From: Acaryochloris marina S15
Lineage (GTDB): Bacteria > Cyanobacteriota > Cyanobacteriia > Thermosynechococcales > Thermosynechococcaceae
Reading direction: 5' to 3'
Length of the DNA: 32,000 bases
Assembly (NCBI RefSeq): GCF_018336915.1
Contig: NZ_CP064923.1
Location: 4,200,001 to 4,232,000 of the forward strand
Shown: positions 16,413-26,075 of the stretch, in pieces
How positions within the stretch are numbered: the first letter of the stretch is position 1
How the letters are laid out: each line of letters starts with the position of its first letter
The notes under the pieces: generated by a model
Seen by the model: only the letters and a program-made list of their open reading frames with translations
The model's database searches: none
Told to the model about the DNA's origin: nothing
Program-made: the position numbers and the translations under genes

Positions 16413-16871
16413 ATGACCACTGAAACTTCCTCTGCCAATGAAGTTGCTGCTGATGATTATGTTGTCATCGGTCTAGCGACCTGCTTTGTCAAAAAAGACA
16501 ATAAGCTGCATCCCGTCAAAATTGTAGAGCCAATTCCCTCCGCTGCCCTAGAAGCGATCCTCAAAGGAATTCCTACCTCCTACGAAATGGCAGTAGCAAC
16601 CACAGTAGGAGCAGCTTGGTCAAATGAAACACCTCATGCACCTTCAGGATTTCCAGCTGAAGCCCAATTCTGTGATGAGTTTTCTTTTCGCCTCCAAGCA
16701 ACAGCCCGCAGCTATCGGTCACGCCCTGTTGCCCAAGCACACCTAGCACCAGGAGCTGTGAAAACAGACTTCAACTTCTCCACAGAGCGGAAGCGAATGC
16801 TCAATGCAGATCGCGCAGTCAGCACCGAAGACAATGTCAAACAGCATTCCCATACCCATAAGGTTCTCTAA
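16413..16871 (+). CDS. Hypothetical protein (I do not recognise the family).
   Basis: 152-aa ORF with ATG start, no signal peptide or TM helix, and codon usage like its neighbours. Confidence 0.5.
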   Translation: MTTETSSANEVAADDYVVIGLATCFVKKDNKLHPVKIVEPIPSAALEAILKGIPTSYEMAVATTVGAAWSNETPHAPSGFPAEAQFCDEFSFRLQATARSYRSRPVAQAHLAPGAVKTDFNFSTERKRMLNADRAVSTEDNVKQHSHTHKVL

Positions 16872-17102
16872 TCGGGGTATGCACCTGACTCCTTAAGCTC
16901 AGCCTCGCAGCAACATGTCTCTAGCCCGTATGGAACCCCACCCAATATATTTGGATCGGGTCAGATTTTGGTGGGCTCGGTAAAAATTAATTTTCCTGAC
17001 GGCATAAAAAAATTAAAGCAAGACTTTAGAAATGCTCATCCATTGTGTTAATGGCAATTCTGGAGTTTCTTTCTTGAACAAAAAGCAGGGAGAAACAAAA
17101 CT

Positions 17103-17116
17103 GTATTTTTTGATAC
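17103..17116 (+). promoter_or_regulatory. NtcA-binding box (GTA-N8-TAC) of an NtcA-activated glnA promoter.
   Basis: GTAttttttgaTAC at 17103-17116. A TAN3T-type -10 hexamer, TAGGAT, lies at 17140-17145, 23 nt downstream (canonical spacing is about 22 nt). The box is about 155 nt upstream of the glnA ATG. Confidence 0.6.
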
Positions 17117-17271
17117 AAAATTCCTGTGATCTAGTCTTTTAGGATATTAGGCTAAATCCTTGGCTTGACTCACCCTGAGCATTTTTTGTTTGACCACTTT
17201 TTATGAGCTTGGTAACATCTCTACGCCAGGGAATGCCCTTGAGCTTGCTATTTACTGTTAAGGAGTAATCC

Positions 17272-18693
17272 ATGGCCCAATCCCCCCAGGACATTCTGAA
17301 TTGGATTAAAAACGACAATATCCAAGTCGTTGATCTCAAATTCATTGATATGCCAGGTATTTGGCAACACCTGACCCTTTATCAGGATCAAATTGACGAA
17401 AGTAGCTTCACCGACGGTGTTGCCTTTGATGGTTCTAGTATCCGGGGGTGGAAAGCCATCAATGAATCGGACATGGCTATGGTGCCCGATCCGAATACAG
17501 CTTGGATCGATCCGTTCATGGAAGAGCCAACGCTCAGCATGATTTGTAGCATTCAAGAGCCTCGTACCAAAGAACCTTACGATCGCTGTCCTCGCTCCAT
17601 TGCTCAAAAAGCATTGGATTATCTAGCTAGCACAGGAATTGGCGATACCGCATTCTTTGGCCCTGAAGCTGAATTCTTCATCTTCGAAGATGTTCGCTTT
17701 GACCAAACTGAAAATTCTGCTTACTACTATGTAGATACCAAAGAAGGTCGTTGGAACTCTGGAGCCATTGAGGAAGGCGGCAACTTAGGCTATAAGCCTC
17801 GCTATAAGGAAGGCTATTTCCCCGTTGCTCCCACCGATACCCTGCAAGATATGCGGACGGAAATGCTCTTGACGATGGCCAAGTGCGGGGTGCCCATTGA
17901 AAAACACCACCACGAAGTTGCCACTGGCGGCCAATGTGAACTGGGCATCAAGTTTCAACCGATCATCGAGTCGGGAGACAGCTTGATGATCTATAAGTAT
18001 TGCGTCAAGAACGTTGCCAAGAAATATGGCAAATCAGCCACCTTCATGCCCAAGCCCTTGTTCAACGACAACGGGTCTGGAATGCATACCCACCAGTCTA
18101 TTTGGAAATCAGGACAGCCTCTATTCTGGGGAGATAGCTATGCCAACCTGAGCCAGATGGCGTTGCATTACATCGGTGGCATCCTCAAACATGCACCAGC
18201 ATTATTAGCACTGACAAATCCCACAACCAACTCCTATAAGCGATTGGTTCCTGGATTTGAAGCTCCCGTCAACTTGGCCTACTCTCAAGGTAATCGCTCT
18301 GCATCCATCCGAATTCCGCTTTCGGGTCCCAATCCCAAAGCAAAGCGTCTAGAATTCCGTTGTCCAGATGCCACTTGTAACCCATACCTAGCCTTTGCTG
18401 CTATGCTTTGTGCGGGTATTGATGGGATTAAAAACCAAATTGATCCAGGCAGCTCCTTAGATGTAGACATTTATGATCTCAGTCCTGAAGAGCTAGCCAA
18501 GATTCCTTCTACACCGGGTTCCCTTTTAGAAGCCTTAGAAGCATTGCAAAATGATCATAGCTTCCTGGTCGATTCCGGTGTATTTACCAAAGACTTCATT
18601 GAGAACTGGATTGAGTACAAACTCGATAATGAGGTCAACCCCATGCGGTTACGTCCTCATCCCTATGAGTTGTCCTTGTACTACGATGTCTAG
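17272..18693 (+). CDS. glnA: Glutamine synthetase type I.
   Basis: 473 aa, near-collinear with my recollection of cyanobacterial GlnA ([80 protein letters not shown]). Confidence 0.97.
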   Translation: MAQSPQDILNWIKNDNIQVVDLKFIDMPGIWQHLTLYQDQIDESSFTDGVAFDGSSIRGWKAINESDMAMVPDPNTAWIDPFMEEPTLSMICSIQEPRTKEPYDRCPRSIAQKALDYLASTGIGDTAFFGPEAEFFIFEDVRFDQTENSAYYYVDTKEGRWNSGAIEEGGNLGYKPRYKEGYFPVAPTDTLQDMRTEMLLTMAKCGVPIEKHHHEVATGGQCELGIKFQPIIESGDSLMIYKYCVKNVAKKYGKSATFMPKPLFNDNGSGMHTHQSIWKSGQPLFWGDSYANLSQMALHYIGGILKHAPALLALTNPTTNSYKRLVPGFEAPVNLAYSQGNRSASIRIPLSGPNPKAKRLEFRCPDATCNPYLAFAAMLCAGIDGIKNQIDPGSSLDVDIYDLSPEELAKIPSTPGSLLEALEALQNDHSFLVDSGVFTKDFIENWIEYKLDNEVNPMRLRPHPYELSLYYDV

Positions 18694-18733
18694 ACAATAG
18701 TTCTAGGCTGAAGTCAGAACAGTTTACAAAAAA

Positions 18734-18760
18734 AGCTGCCTACAAAGGCAGCTTTTTTTG
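18734..18760 (+). terminator. Intrinsic terminator of glnA.
   Basis: agctgcc (18734-18740) / ggcagct (18747-18753) with loop tacaaa. It is flanked by an A-run upstream and T7 downstream. Confidence 0.8.
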
Positions 18761-19214
18761 TAAGAAGCGATCCAAAAATATAGAGTCCTTTACATTGGGC
18801 TTAATATAAATTTTCTTATTGTAAATAAGGATAGTGATTGGTCCCCATCAACAAGCTAGATAGCAGGTGCTGGCATACTTCTCATGTTTTTTTGGATCAA
18901 AACCTAATTTGAAGACGACAACTAAATTTCAGGTTATCTTTTTTCAGTATGGTGACTCAAGATCAGAATAGATGTATTGAGGTACCGCAAAAAGCTTGAT
19001 AGACAATAAAACATGCTATCTTGTCCAAAATCACAGCCAAGTTCAGCATTCAGAGAACCAGGGGAGTAGTTTGACTGAACCAACTTGGTTTCACCACGAG
19101 ACATCCATCAAAGATTGATGATGTCATTATTTTCTTGTTGAGAAAATTTTGTCTATATAAACAGACTGATTTATTTTCACAAGTTAGAAAAATGAGTGCA
19201 ATTGTGCAGACCTT

Positions 19215-20099
19215 ATGAATCTCAAATCTTTAAACCAAGTATCAGATGAAAGTCAGGCGTCTAAAGACTATGAGCCTGCAGAAACGGCCCAAACTCCTCA
19301 ATTCAGTTATCAAGACCAATTAGTGCAACTGGCTCAACAGCGTGATCTTGAAGCTCTGACCACACTCATTGATCAAAAGCTAGCTGAACAGGCCGTGAAG
19401 GTCGCTGAAATTGAGTTCAAAAATAATTTGCTACAGCTCAGCATAGAGTCTTCAGAGATCCCTGAGCAGTCCATTGTGGTGCCACTGTTACGAGATTATT
19501 TGAGTCAATTACGATTGCCTGAATTAACTGCAGTGACTATTTATGGTCAGAAACTCGGTCAAGAGCTGCCGTTTTGGATGGAAGAAGTGGCTTTAGATTT
19601 GCTGATTCTAGATGCTCAAGCTATAACGTCTCAACCCACGACTAACAGCAGTGGTGAAGGGGCAAGCCATCCGGTTACTCCTTTACCTGATGCAGCGCCG
19701 TTACCGAGTGAAATCGCCCTTGACATAACAGCAAAGTACGAAGCAGGTGAGCGCAACTTTGCTCGCATCAACCTCAAGGATGAAGCGTTGCCGGGGATTA
19801 ATTTGACCTTAGCAGACTTACAAGAAGCCAATTTTGTATGGTGTAATCTCAGAAAATCGAGTTTGAGCCATGCAAACCTCACGAGCGCCCAGTTGCGCCA
19901 TGCAGATTTAACCAATGCCAATCTTCAAGGGGCTAAGTTACAGGGAACTGATTTACAAGGGGCCAAACTACAAGGGGCCAACTTAAGCTGGGCCGTTTTA
20001 CGAGGCACCAACTTAACAGATGCAGACTTAACAGATGTGAATTTTCAAAATGCTACGTTAGAGCGTGTGATTATGCCCGATGGCACTATGCTAGATTAG
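19215..20099 (+). CDS. Pentapeptide-repeat protein with an N-terminal domain of unknown function.
   Basis: The C-terminal ~110 aa are A(D/N)LxX pentapeptide repeats (ANLTSAQLRHADLTNANLQGAKLQGTDLQGAKLQGANLSWAVLRGTNLTDADLTDVNF). Confidence 0.85.
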   Translation: MNLKSLNQVSDESQASKDYEPAETAQTPQFSYQDQLVQLAQQRDLEALTTLIDQKLAEQAVKVAEIEFKNNLLQLSIESSEIPEQSIVVPLLRDYLSQLRLPELTAVTIYGQKLGQELPFWMEEVALDLLILDAQAITSQPTTNSSGEGASHPVTPLPDAAPLPSEIALDITAKYEAGERNFARINLKDEALPGINLTLADLQEANFVWCNLRKSSLSHANLTSAQLRHADLTNANLQGAKLQGTDLQGAKLQGANLSWAVLRGTNLTDADLTDVNFQNATLERVIMPDGTMLD

Positions 20100-20371
20100 C
20101 TTATTGTCGGGTTTTGCCTCCCTATTTCTTAATAGCCATTACTCGATTTCCAGGTATATTGGATTTTCATTTATGAATGAAATTTCAGGTGCCAGACAAG
20201 TGAATTATTTCTAGAGATAGTATAAATTATTCTCAATATACGGTCTCAATAAAACCCTAGTCAGAAAATATTTTTTTCTAATAGAGATAAGTATCTCAAA
20301 ATTTTTTGGGCACTATTTTCTATAGAGATCTATTACCTGTCTAGCATTATCTTGCAGGTGGAGTTATTTGA

Positions 20372-23158
20372 ATGATTATTCCTGAAACTGAACCTCCTCG
20401 TATACCTAGCTCTTCTAAACAACCGACGATAGAACCATTGAATGTAGAAGATAGTACACTTACGCCTCAAACTGAAACCCAACTCAAAATGCAATTACAG
20501 CAAGCTATTTTGTTGGGAGAAGTCACAAATGAGATTCGACAAAGTCTTGATACAACTACAATTTTTCAAATCGCGGTCGATAAAGTTCAGACCTTATTGC
20601 AAGTCGATCGAGTCGCTATCTTTCAATTCGATCCTGCCACAAATTATAAACAGGGTGTTTTTGTAGCCGAACAAGTTATTCCTGTCTATTACTCTGCCGT
20701 AGCTGCCCGAGTCCAAGATGATAGTTTTGGCGAAAATTATGCGACTAAATATCAGTTGGGGCGGGTATTTGCAGTCGCCGATGTCTATGATGCAGGGCTC
20801 AGTGACTGTCATCTCCAGATATATGAACGCTTTCAGGTCCGAGCGACGTTAGTTGTACCTCTGCTTCAAGGAGAAAAATTATGGGGGCTGTTGTGTATTC
20901 ATCAATGTTCGCGACCCCGGGCATGGAAATCAGTAGAAATTGATTTCATTAAAAAGTTAGCGGATCAGCTCAGTGTGGCCCTTAAGCAAGCGGAGTTACA
21001 TGAGCAAGCCCTAGAAAAATCCCAGCAGCTACAAAACGCCCTTAATCAAGTAGAGGCTCAAAAAGAGCGAGAAATATGGCTCGCCCAGTATGAGCGCAAT
21101 ATCACCCAAATTATTCAAAATATTCACCAAAATCTAGATATTGAGGATATTTTTAAGGCTACGACCCGTGATATTCGGCAGTTTCTAAAATGCGATCGCG
21201 TTGCTGTCTACACCTATTCCCCTGAAGAGACGGGGGAATTATTTTTAGAATCGTCCAATGCTCACCTAACACTCTTAGCCGAGGGCAAGGGGGCTAGCCT
21301 CTGGCTAGACGTCTACTTAAACGCAGCCCCAGACAATGCCAGAGACTGTATCCCTTTAGTGACTGATATTGATCAGCAACACCACGCCCAAGGACACTTA
21401 GTCTTCCTTGCACAATTCCAGATTCGTGCATATATGCTCGTTCCCGTCTTTATTGGTGACCGATTTTGGGGCTTGTTAGTCACTTGCCAGCAAACGTCAC
21501 ACCAATGGGACGACATTGAACAGAGTCTTCTGCGACGAGTTGGCGATCAATTAGGTGTGGCCTTGCAACAAGCAGAATTAATGCATCAACTCCAAATGTC
21601 CAAGGATAAGGCAGAATCAGCGAATCGGGCCAAAAGTGCTTTTTTAGCCAATATGAGTCATGAATTACGGACTCCCCTCAATGCCATCTTGGGATTTAGC
21701 CAGCTTCTCAATCGAGATCAAAATTTAACTCCCAAGCAAAAACAAACCCTTACCTCAATTAATCGCAGTGGTTCTCATTTATTGAATCTCATTAACGATG
21801 TTTTGGAAATGTCCAAAATTGAGGCAGGGCGGGTCTCACTCAACGTCAAGAACTGTGACTTGATGAATTTATTGGATTCTATCCAAGAAATGTTTTTGCT
21901 CAAGGTGGAATCGAAGGGGTTGACGTTAATGGTTGATAAAGCCCTGGATTTGCCACCTTATATTCGTACCGATGAAAGTCGACTGCGGCAAGTCTTGATC
22001 AATGTATTAACAAATGCCCTCAAGTTCACTGAACAAGGGAGTGTTGCTCTTAAGGTATATACCCAAAAGTTACTATCCCCCGATTTAATTCCCACCCTTG
22101 ACGATGCCCCCGTGGCCGAAGAAAATCAACCCAATATCTATCTCTGCATTGATGTGGAAGATACGGGGGTCGGTATTTCTGAATCTGAAATGGGCAATCT
22201 GTTTGAAACATTTACCCAAGCTTCAGCTGGGCGAAATTCTTCAGAAGGAGCCGGGCTAGGCTTAGCCATTTGCCAACATTGTATTGAGCTGATGGGCGGC
22301 AACATCCTCATTGATAGCAAGGAGGAACAAGGAACTACGGTCCAGATCCAGGTGCCTGTAATGGCAACCCAGGCTAAATCGGTGGATCACTTAGATGTCC
22401 CCATGGTGCTGAGTCTAGCGCCAGGACACCCTCACATTCGTATGCTCGTCGTAGAAGACAATCCAGAAAATGCCCAGATTGTGATTGATTTAATGACCTC
22501 TGTCGGGTTTGAAGTGCAATCAGTGGTAAATGGTCAACAAGCCGTTGCCTGCTGGCAAACTTGGCATCCCCATGTCATTTTGATGGATTGGCAGATGCCC
22601 ATTATGAATGGATATGACGCAACGCAAACCATTCGCACTTTAGAACATCAAACCGTATCTGATAGCAATACCGAGGTCTCTCCAGATACCATCACCGGCT
22701 CATCGGTAAAATCTCCCCTCAACAACACGATTATCATTGCCCTCACTGCCAGTGTTTTTGAAGATACAAAACAGGAATGTTATGAAGCGGGCTGTGATGA
22801 TTTTCTGCGAAAGCCTTACCAACAAAGTGTTCTTTTTGAAGTACTCGCTCAGCATCTAAATATTCAATATCTATATGATGAATGCCCTCAAGATATCAAT
22901 ACTTTACATACCTCTAGTTCTCAGAATATGAACCAGGGAAATATTGAGTATCAATTATCCCAACTCCCCAAACAGTGGTTAGTTAAACTCCACCAAGCAG
23001 CCATTGAACTAGATGAAGAGCAAATGAGTCAGCAGTTTGTAGAGATTACATCTGACTATCCTTACTTAGCCACACATTTAACGAAATTATTCCAAAATCT
23101 GCAGTTCGATCAAATCGTAAACCTAGCTCAAGCAGCTCTTCAAATCAAAAATCACTAA
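20372..23158 (+). CDS. Hybrid sensor histidine kinase: GAF-GAF-HisKA-HATPase_c-REC plus a ~90-aa helical C-terminal tail.
   Basis: 928 aa. Two GAF-like segments (..LWGLLCIHQC.., ..FWGLLVTCQQ..). H-box MSHELRTPLN. N/G boxes NALKFT, DTGVGI and GAGLGLAI. REC domain MLVVEDNP...ILMDWQMP...LTAS...KP. The tail has no HxxKG Hpt motif. Confidence 0.9.
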   Translation: MIIPETEPPRIPSSSKQPTIEPLNVEDSTLTPQTETQLKMQLQQAILLGEVTNEIRQSLDTTTIFQIAVDKVQTLLQVDRVAIFQFDPATNYKQGVFVAEQVIPVYYSAVAARVQDDSFGENYATKYQLGRVFAVADVYDAGLSDCHLQIYERFQVRATLVVPLLQGEKLWGLLCIHQCSRPRAWKSVEIDFIKKLADQLSVALKQAELHEQALEKSQQLQNALNQVEAQKEREIWLAQYERNITQIIQNIHQNLDIEDIFKATTRDIRQFLKCDRVAVYTYSPEETGELFLESSNAHLTLLAEGKGASLWLDVYLNAAPDNARDCIPLVTDIDQQHHAQGHLVFLAQFQIRAYMLVPVFIGDRFWGLLVTCQQTSHQWDDIEQSLLRRVGDQLGVALQQAELMHQLQMSKDKAESANRAKSAFLANMSHELRTPLNAILGFSQLLNRDQNLTPKQKQTLTSINRSGSHLLNLINDVLEMSKIEAGRVSLNVKNCDLMNLLDSIQEMFLLKVESKGLTLMVDKALDLPPYIRTDESRLRQVLINVLTNALKFTEQGSVALKVYTQKLLSPDLIPTLDDAPVAEENQPNIYLCIDVEDTGVGISESEMGNLFETFTQASAGRNSSEGAGLGLAICQHCIELMGGNILIDSKEEQGTTVQIQVPVMATQAKSVDHLDVPMVLSLAPGHPHIRMLVVEDNPENAQIVIDLMTSVGFEVQSVVNGQQAVACWQTWHPHVILMDWQMPIMNGYDATQTIRTLEHQTVSDSNTEVSPDTITGSSVKSPLNNTIIIALTASVFEDTKQECYEAGCDDFLRKPYQQSVLFEVLAQHLNIQYLYDECPQDINTLHTSSSQNMNQGNIEYQLSQLPKQWLVKLHQAAIELDEEQMSQQFVEITSDYPYLATHLTKLFQNLQFDQIVNLAQAALQIKNH

Positions 23159-23602
23159 TATCATTTGTCCGATCTTCAATACAGTTCAGATCCGAAAATC
23201 TATAACAATCCTTATCTCTATTTTGTCCATTTAAAATATCTTTCCTTACCGACTGAATAACCGACATCAAACTTGCAAAGAATTACCAACAAAAGATTTA
23301 GGCCTATCAAAATCCACGTCAAGAGCTAAATTCAGAACCGTCTTATACCAGCAATATTTCACAAAACCAGATATTTTATTTCTTTTTTAGTCTCTACCCT
23401 AGATAGGGAAAGGAGCACACTTAACGGGAGAGAACTCTAGTAAAGATACGGAGGAATATCTACCTATTTTTTTTTAAGATCAGTAAAGCATTAGCTAACC
23501 CTTGAAAGAATCCAAGCTGGTTTGTTCCTTTAGCCGTGCAAGTATCTCTATTATTGCCAACAATATGGGAGACACAAACTTCAATAGATTAAATCGCGAA
23601 CA

Positions 23603-25243
23603 ATGAAAAATAGCACTGCGAATATTTTGATTGTTGATGACAACGTGGACAACCTAAATGTCTTAGCTGGAATGTTGGCAGAACAAAACTATAAAGTCCG
23701 ACGAGCCATTAATGGGGCAATTGCACTCAGAGCGATAAAAGCATCGATCCCTGATCTAATTTTGTTAGATATCATTTTGCCGGATATGACTGGATATGAT
23801 ATTTGCACCCAATTAAAACAACATCCGACCACTCGGGATATCCCAGTGATCTTTATTAGTTCTCTCAATGACACCGAGGATAAAGTTAAAGCATTTGCAG
23901 TGGGTGGCGTGGATTATGTCTCTAAACCCTTTGAGATGGCTGAGGTCTGCGCCCGGATCCGCAACCAGCTAGAAATTCAGTTTGCCAAGGCAGAAATAGA
24001 ATCCCTCAATGCCGCTTTGGAGCAACGGGTGCAAGAACGGACCGCCGAACTGACCGCCGTTACCGTAACGTTAGAGAAGCAGATCCAGGAACGCCAAAAC
24101 GCCGAACAAGCATTGCGACATAGTGAAAGTCGCTTTCGAGCCATGATTGAAAATGCGTCTGATCTGATCCTTTTACTCGATCCACAGGGAATCGTTCATT
24201 ACTCTAGCCCCTCTGTAGAAAGGAATCTGGGATACTTCCCCACCGATTTGAATGGACAATCCCTCGTGAATTTACTCCATCCACAAGATCAGTCTAATGT
24301 GACTCAATTATTAGCAGAGGTACTAGCAACTCCAAGCAAAGTTGCCGTTCCTCTAGAAATCCGTTGGCAACATCAAGAGGGACACTGGTGTACTTTAGAA
24401 GCGATCGCCCAGCAGTTTTCTGATACCACCGGATTTTCTGGCATTGTGGTCAATGCCAGAGACATGACCGAGCGGCAGAAAATGGAAGCCATGCAACGCG
24501 CTTTAGAACAGGAACAAGAGTTAAGTGAGCTTAAACTCCGATTCTTTTCTATGGCTTCCCATGAATTTCGGACGCCTTTGAGTGTGATTCTGATGGCAGC
24601 TCAGATTCTAGAAAGTTCTGAATCCCAGACCCTAGACACCAAGCAACAACGGAATATTGAGCGCATCCATACGAGCGCTCAATATTTGAAAAAGATGTTG
24701 GCGGATATCTTGGATATTGCCCGGTTAGAAGCGCAACATAGGGAGTTCAATCCACGACCCGTTTGTGTGAAAACGATGTGCGATCGCATCCTGGATACTC
24801 AGCAAACCTCCCATGGAGGACTTCCCAGAATTCGATGTGCCTATACGGGGCTATCTGCTGAAACCGCCCTAGATCCTGATCTGTTCCAGTCCATCCTGAA
24901 CAATTTGCTGGCAAACGCTCTCAAGTATTCAGCTCCAGAGCAGTGGGTGCAGGTCAAATTAAGGCAAGATTTAGACCAAATTGAATTAATCATCATCGAT
25001 CAAGGCATTGGTATTCCCAAAGCCAATCAACCCCAATTATTTGAAGCCTTTCATCGGGGTGATAATGTCGGTGAGATCGAAGGATCGGGCTTGGGATTAG
25101 CTATCGTCAAAAAATGTGTTGATCTGCATGGCGGTAATCTTTCATTTGTAAGCAAGACTTCTGGCACCACGTTTACAGTACGATTGCCGATCCATACCAA
25201 TCTGCACCAAGCTGATCCACTGTTCAGACAGACCGTAGCTTAA
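23603..25243 (+). CDS. Response-regulator/histidine-kinase hybrid: REC, coiled coil, PAS, HisKA, HATPase_c.
   Basis: 546 aa. N-terminal REC (ILIVDDN...LILLDIILPDM...KPF). PAS segment (SESRFRAMIENASDLILLLDPQGIVHYSSPS). H-box ASHEFRTPLS. G-boxes DQGIGIP and GSGLGLAIV. Confidence 0.9.
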   Translation: MKNSTANILIVDDNVDNLNVLAGMLAEQNYKVRRAINGAIALRAIKASIPDLILLDIILPDMTGYDICTQLKQHPTTRDIPVIFISSLNDTEDKVKAFAVGGVDYVSKPFEMAEVCARIRNQLEIQFAKAEIESLNAALEQRVQERTAELTAVTVTLEKQIQERQNAEQALRHSESRFRAMIENASDLILLLDPQGIVHYSSPSVERNLGYFPTDLNGQSLVNLLHPQDQSNVTQLLAEVLATPSKVAVPLEIRWQHQEGHWCTLEAIAQQFSDTTGFSGIVVNARDMTERQKMEAMQRALEQEQELSELKLRFFSMASHEFRTPLSVILMAAQILESSESQTLDTKQQRNIERIHTSAQYLKKMLADILDIARLEAQHREFNPRPVCVKTMCDRILDTQQTSHGGLPRIRCAYTGLSAETALDPDLFQSILNNLLANALKYSAPEQWVQVKLRQDLDQIELIIIDQGIGIPKANQPQLFEAFHRGDNVGEIEGSGLGLAIVKKCVDLHGGNLSFVSKTSGTTFTVRLPIHTNLHQADPLFRQTVA

Positions 25244-25263
25244 GCCGTAATAGTAGGGGGGAC

Positions 25264-25941
25264 ATGAGACTTTTACTAGTAGAAGATGACTATCCATTGG
25301 CAGCCGTTTTTGCCGAGGCCCTGGAAGATTCTGGCTATATCGTCGATGTCGTCCATGATGGAGAAGCCGGTTGGTATCAAGCAACGGAATCAGAATATGG
25401 CATTATCCTGCTCGATTGCATGCTGCCAAAACTCGATGGCTTGGGGCTATGCCAGCGGTTACGTGCCCATGGCTACACCATCCCTATCTTGATGATGACA
25501 GCCCGAGATGCCAGTACCGATAAAGTTTTGGGTTTAGACGCAGGAGCTGACGACTATCTCGTTAAACCCGTTGATTTACCAGAGTTGTTGGCTCGGATTC
25601 GTGCCGTCCTGAGGCGCGGAAAAGCAACGCCTTCCCCCTTGTTATATTGGGGCGAGCTTTGTTTGCATCCCTTAAACCATGAAGTAACCTATGCCAGTCA
25701 ACCCGTTAAGTTAACCCCCACGGAATTTTCGCTGCTAGAACTATTTTTGCGCAGTGGCTTGCGGGTACTCAGTCGCAAAATTATTATCAGTCATCTTTGG
25801 GATTTAGAAGATCCCCCTGGCGAAGAAACCGTCAAAGCCCATATCAAAGGGTTACGGCAAAAACTAACCGAAGCTGGCGCACCCAAGACGTTCATCGAAA
25901 CAATTCGGGGCGTTGGCTACCGGATGCAGCCGATTCAGTAA
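25264..25941 (+). CDS. OmpR-family DNA-binding response regulator.
   Basis: REC (LLLVEDD, IILLDCMLPKLDG, KPV) plus a winged helix (LTPTEFSLLELFL, IETIRGVGYRM). It starts 20 nt after the upstream kinase stop. Confidence 0.92.
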   Translation: MRLLLVEDDYPLAAVFAEALEDSGYIVDVVHDGEAGWYQATESEYGIILLDCMLPKLDGLGLCQRLRAHGYTIPILMMTARDASTDKVLGLDAGADDYLVKPVDLPELLARIRAVLRRGKATPSPLLYWGELCLHPLNHEVTYASQPVKLTPTEFSLLELFLRSGLRVLSRKIIISHLWDLEDPPGEETVKAHIKGLRQKLTEAGAPKTFIETIRGVGYRMQPIQ

Positions 25942-26075
25942 ATCTTCCCGCTTTCTTCCCGCTTTCTCCCTTTTCTCTTTACTCTCCCCAAATATATTAG
26001 GAATAGGTCACACCTAAGTGACTTTTCGTTTGACAACGCACATTAAAGCAATCTGCTGGCTTTATAGGGGGAATT

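Noticed and set aside
17139-17607. Minus-strand ORFs 17139-17345 and 17248-17607 across the glnA promoter and start.
   Set aside because: They are antisense to the highly conserved glnA N-terminus and the NtcA promoter, and carry no recognisable motifs.
22900-23158. An Hpt domain at the C-terminus of the 928-aa hybrid kinase.
   Set aside because: The tail is helical, but the only candidate His (LHQAAIELD) lacks the HxxKG(s/a) Hpt signature.
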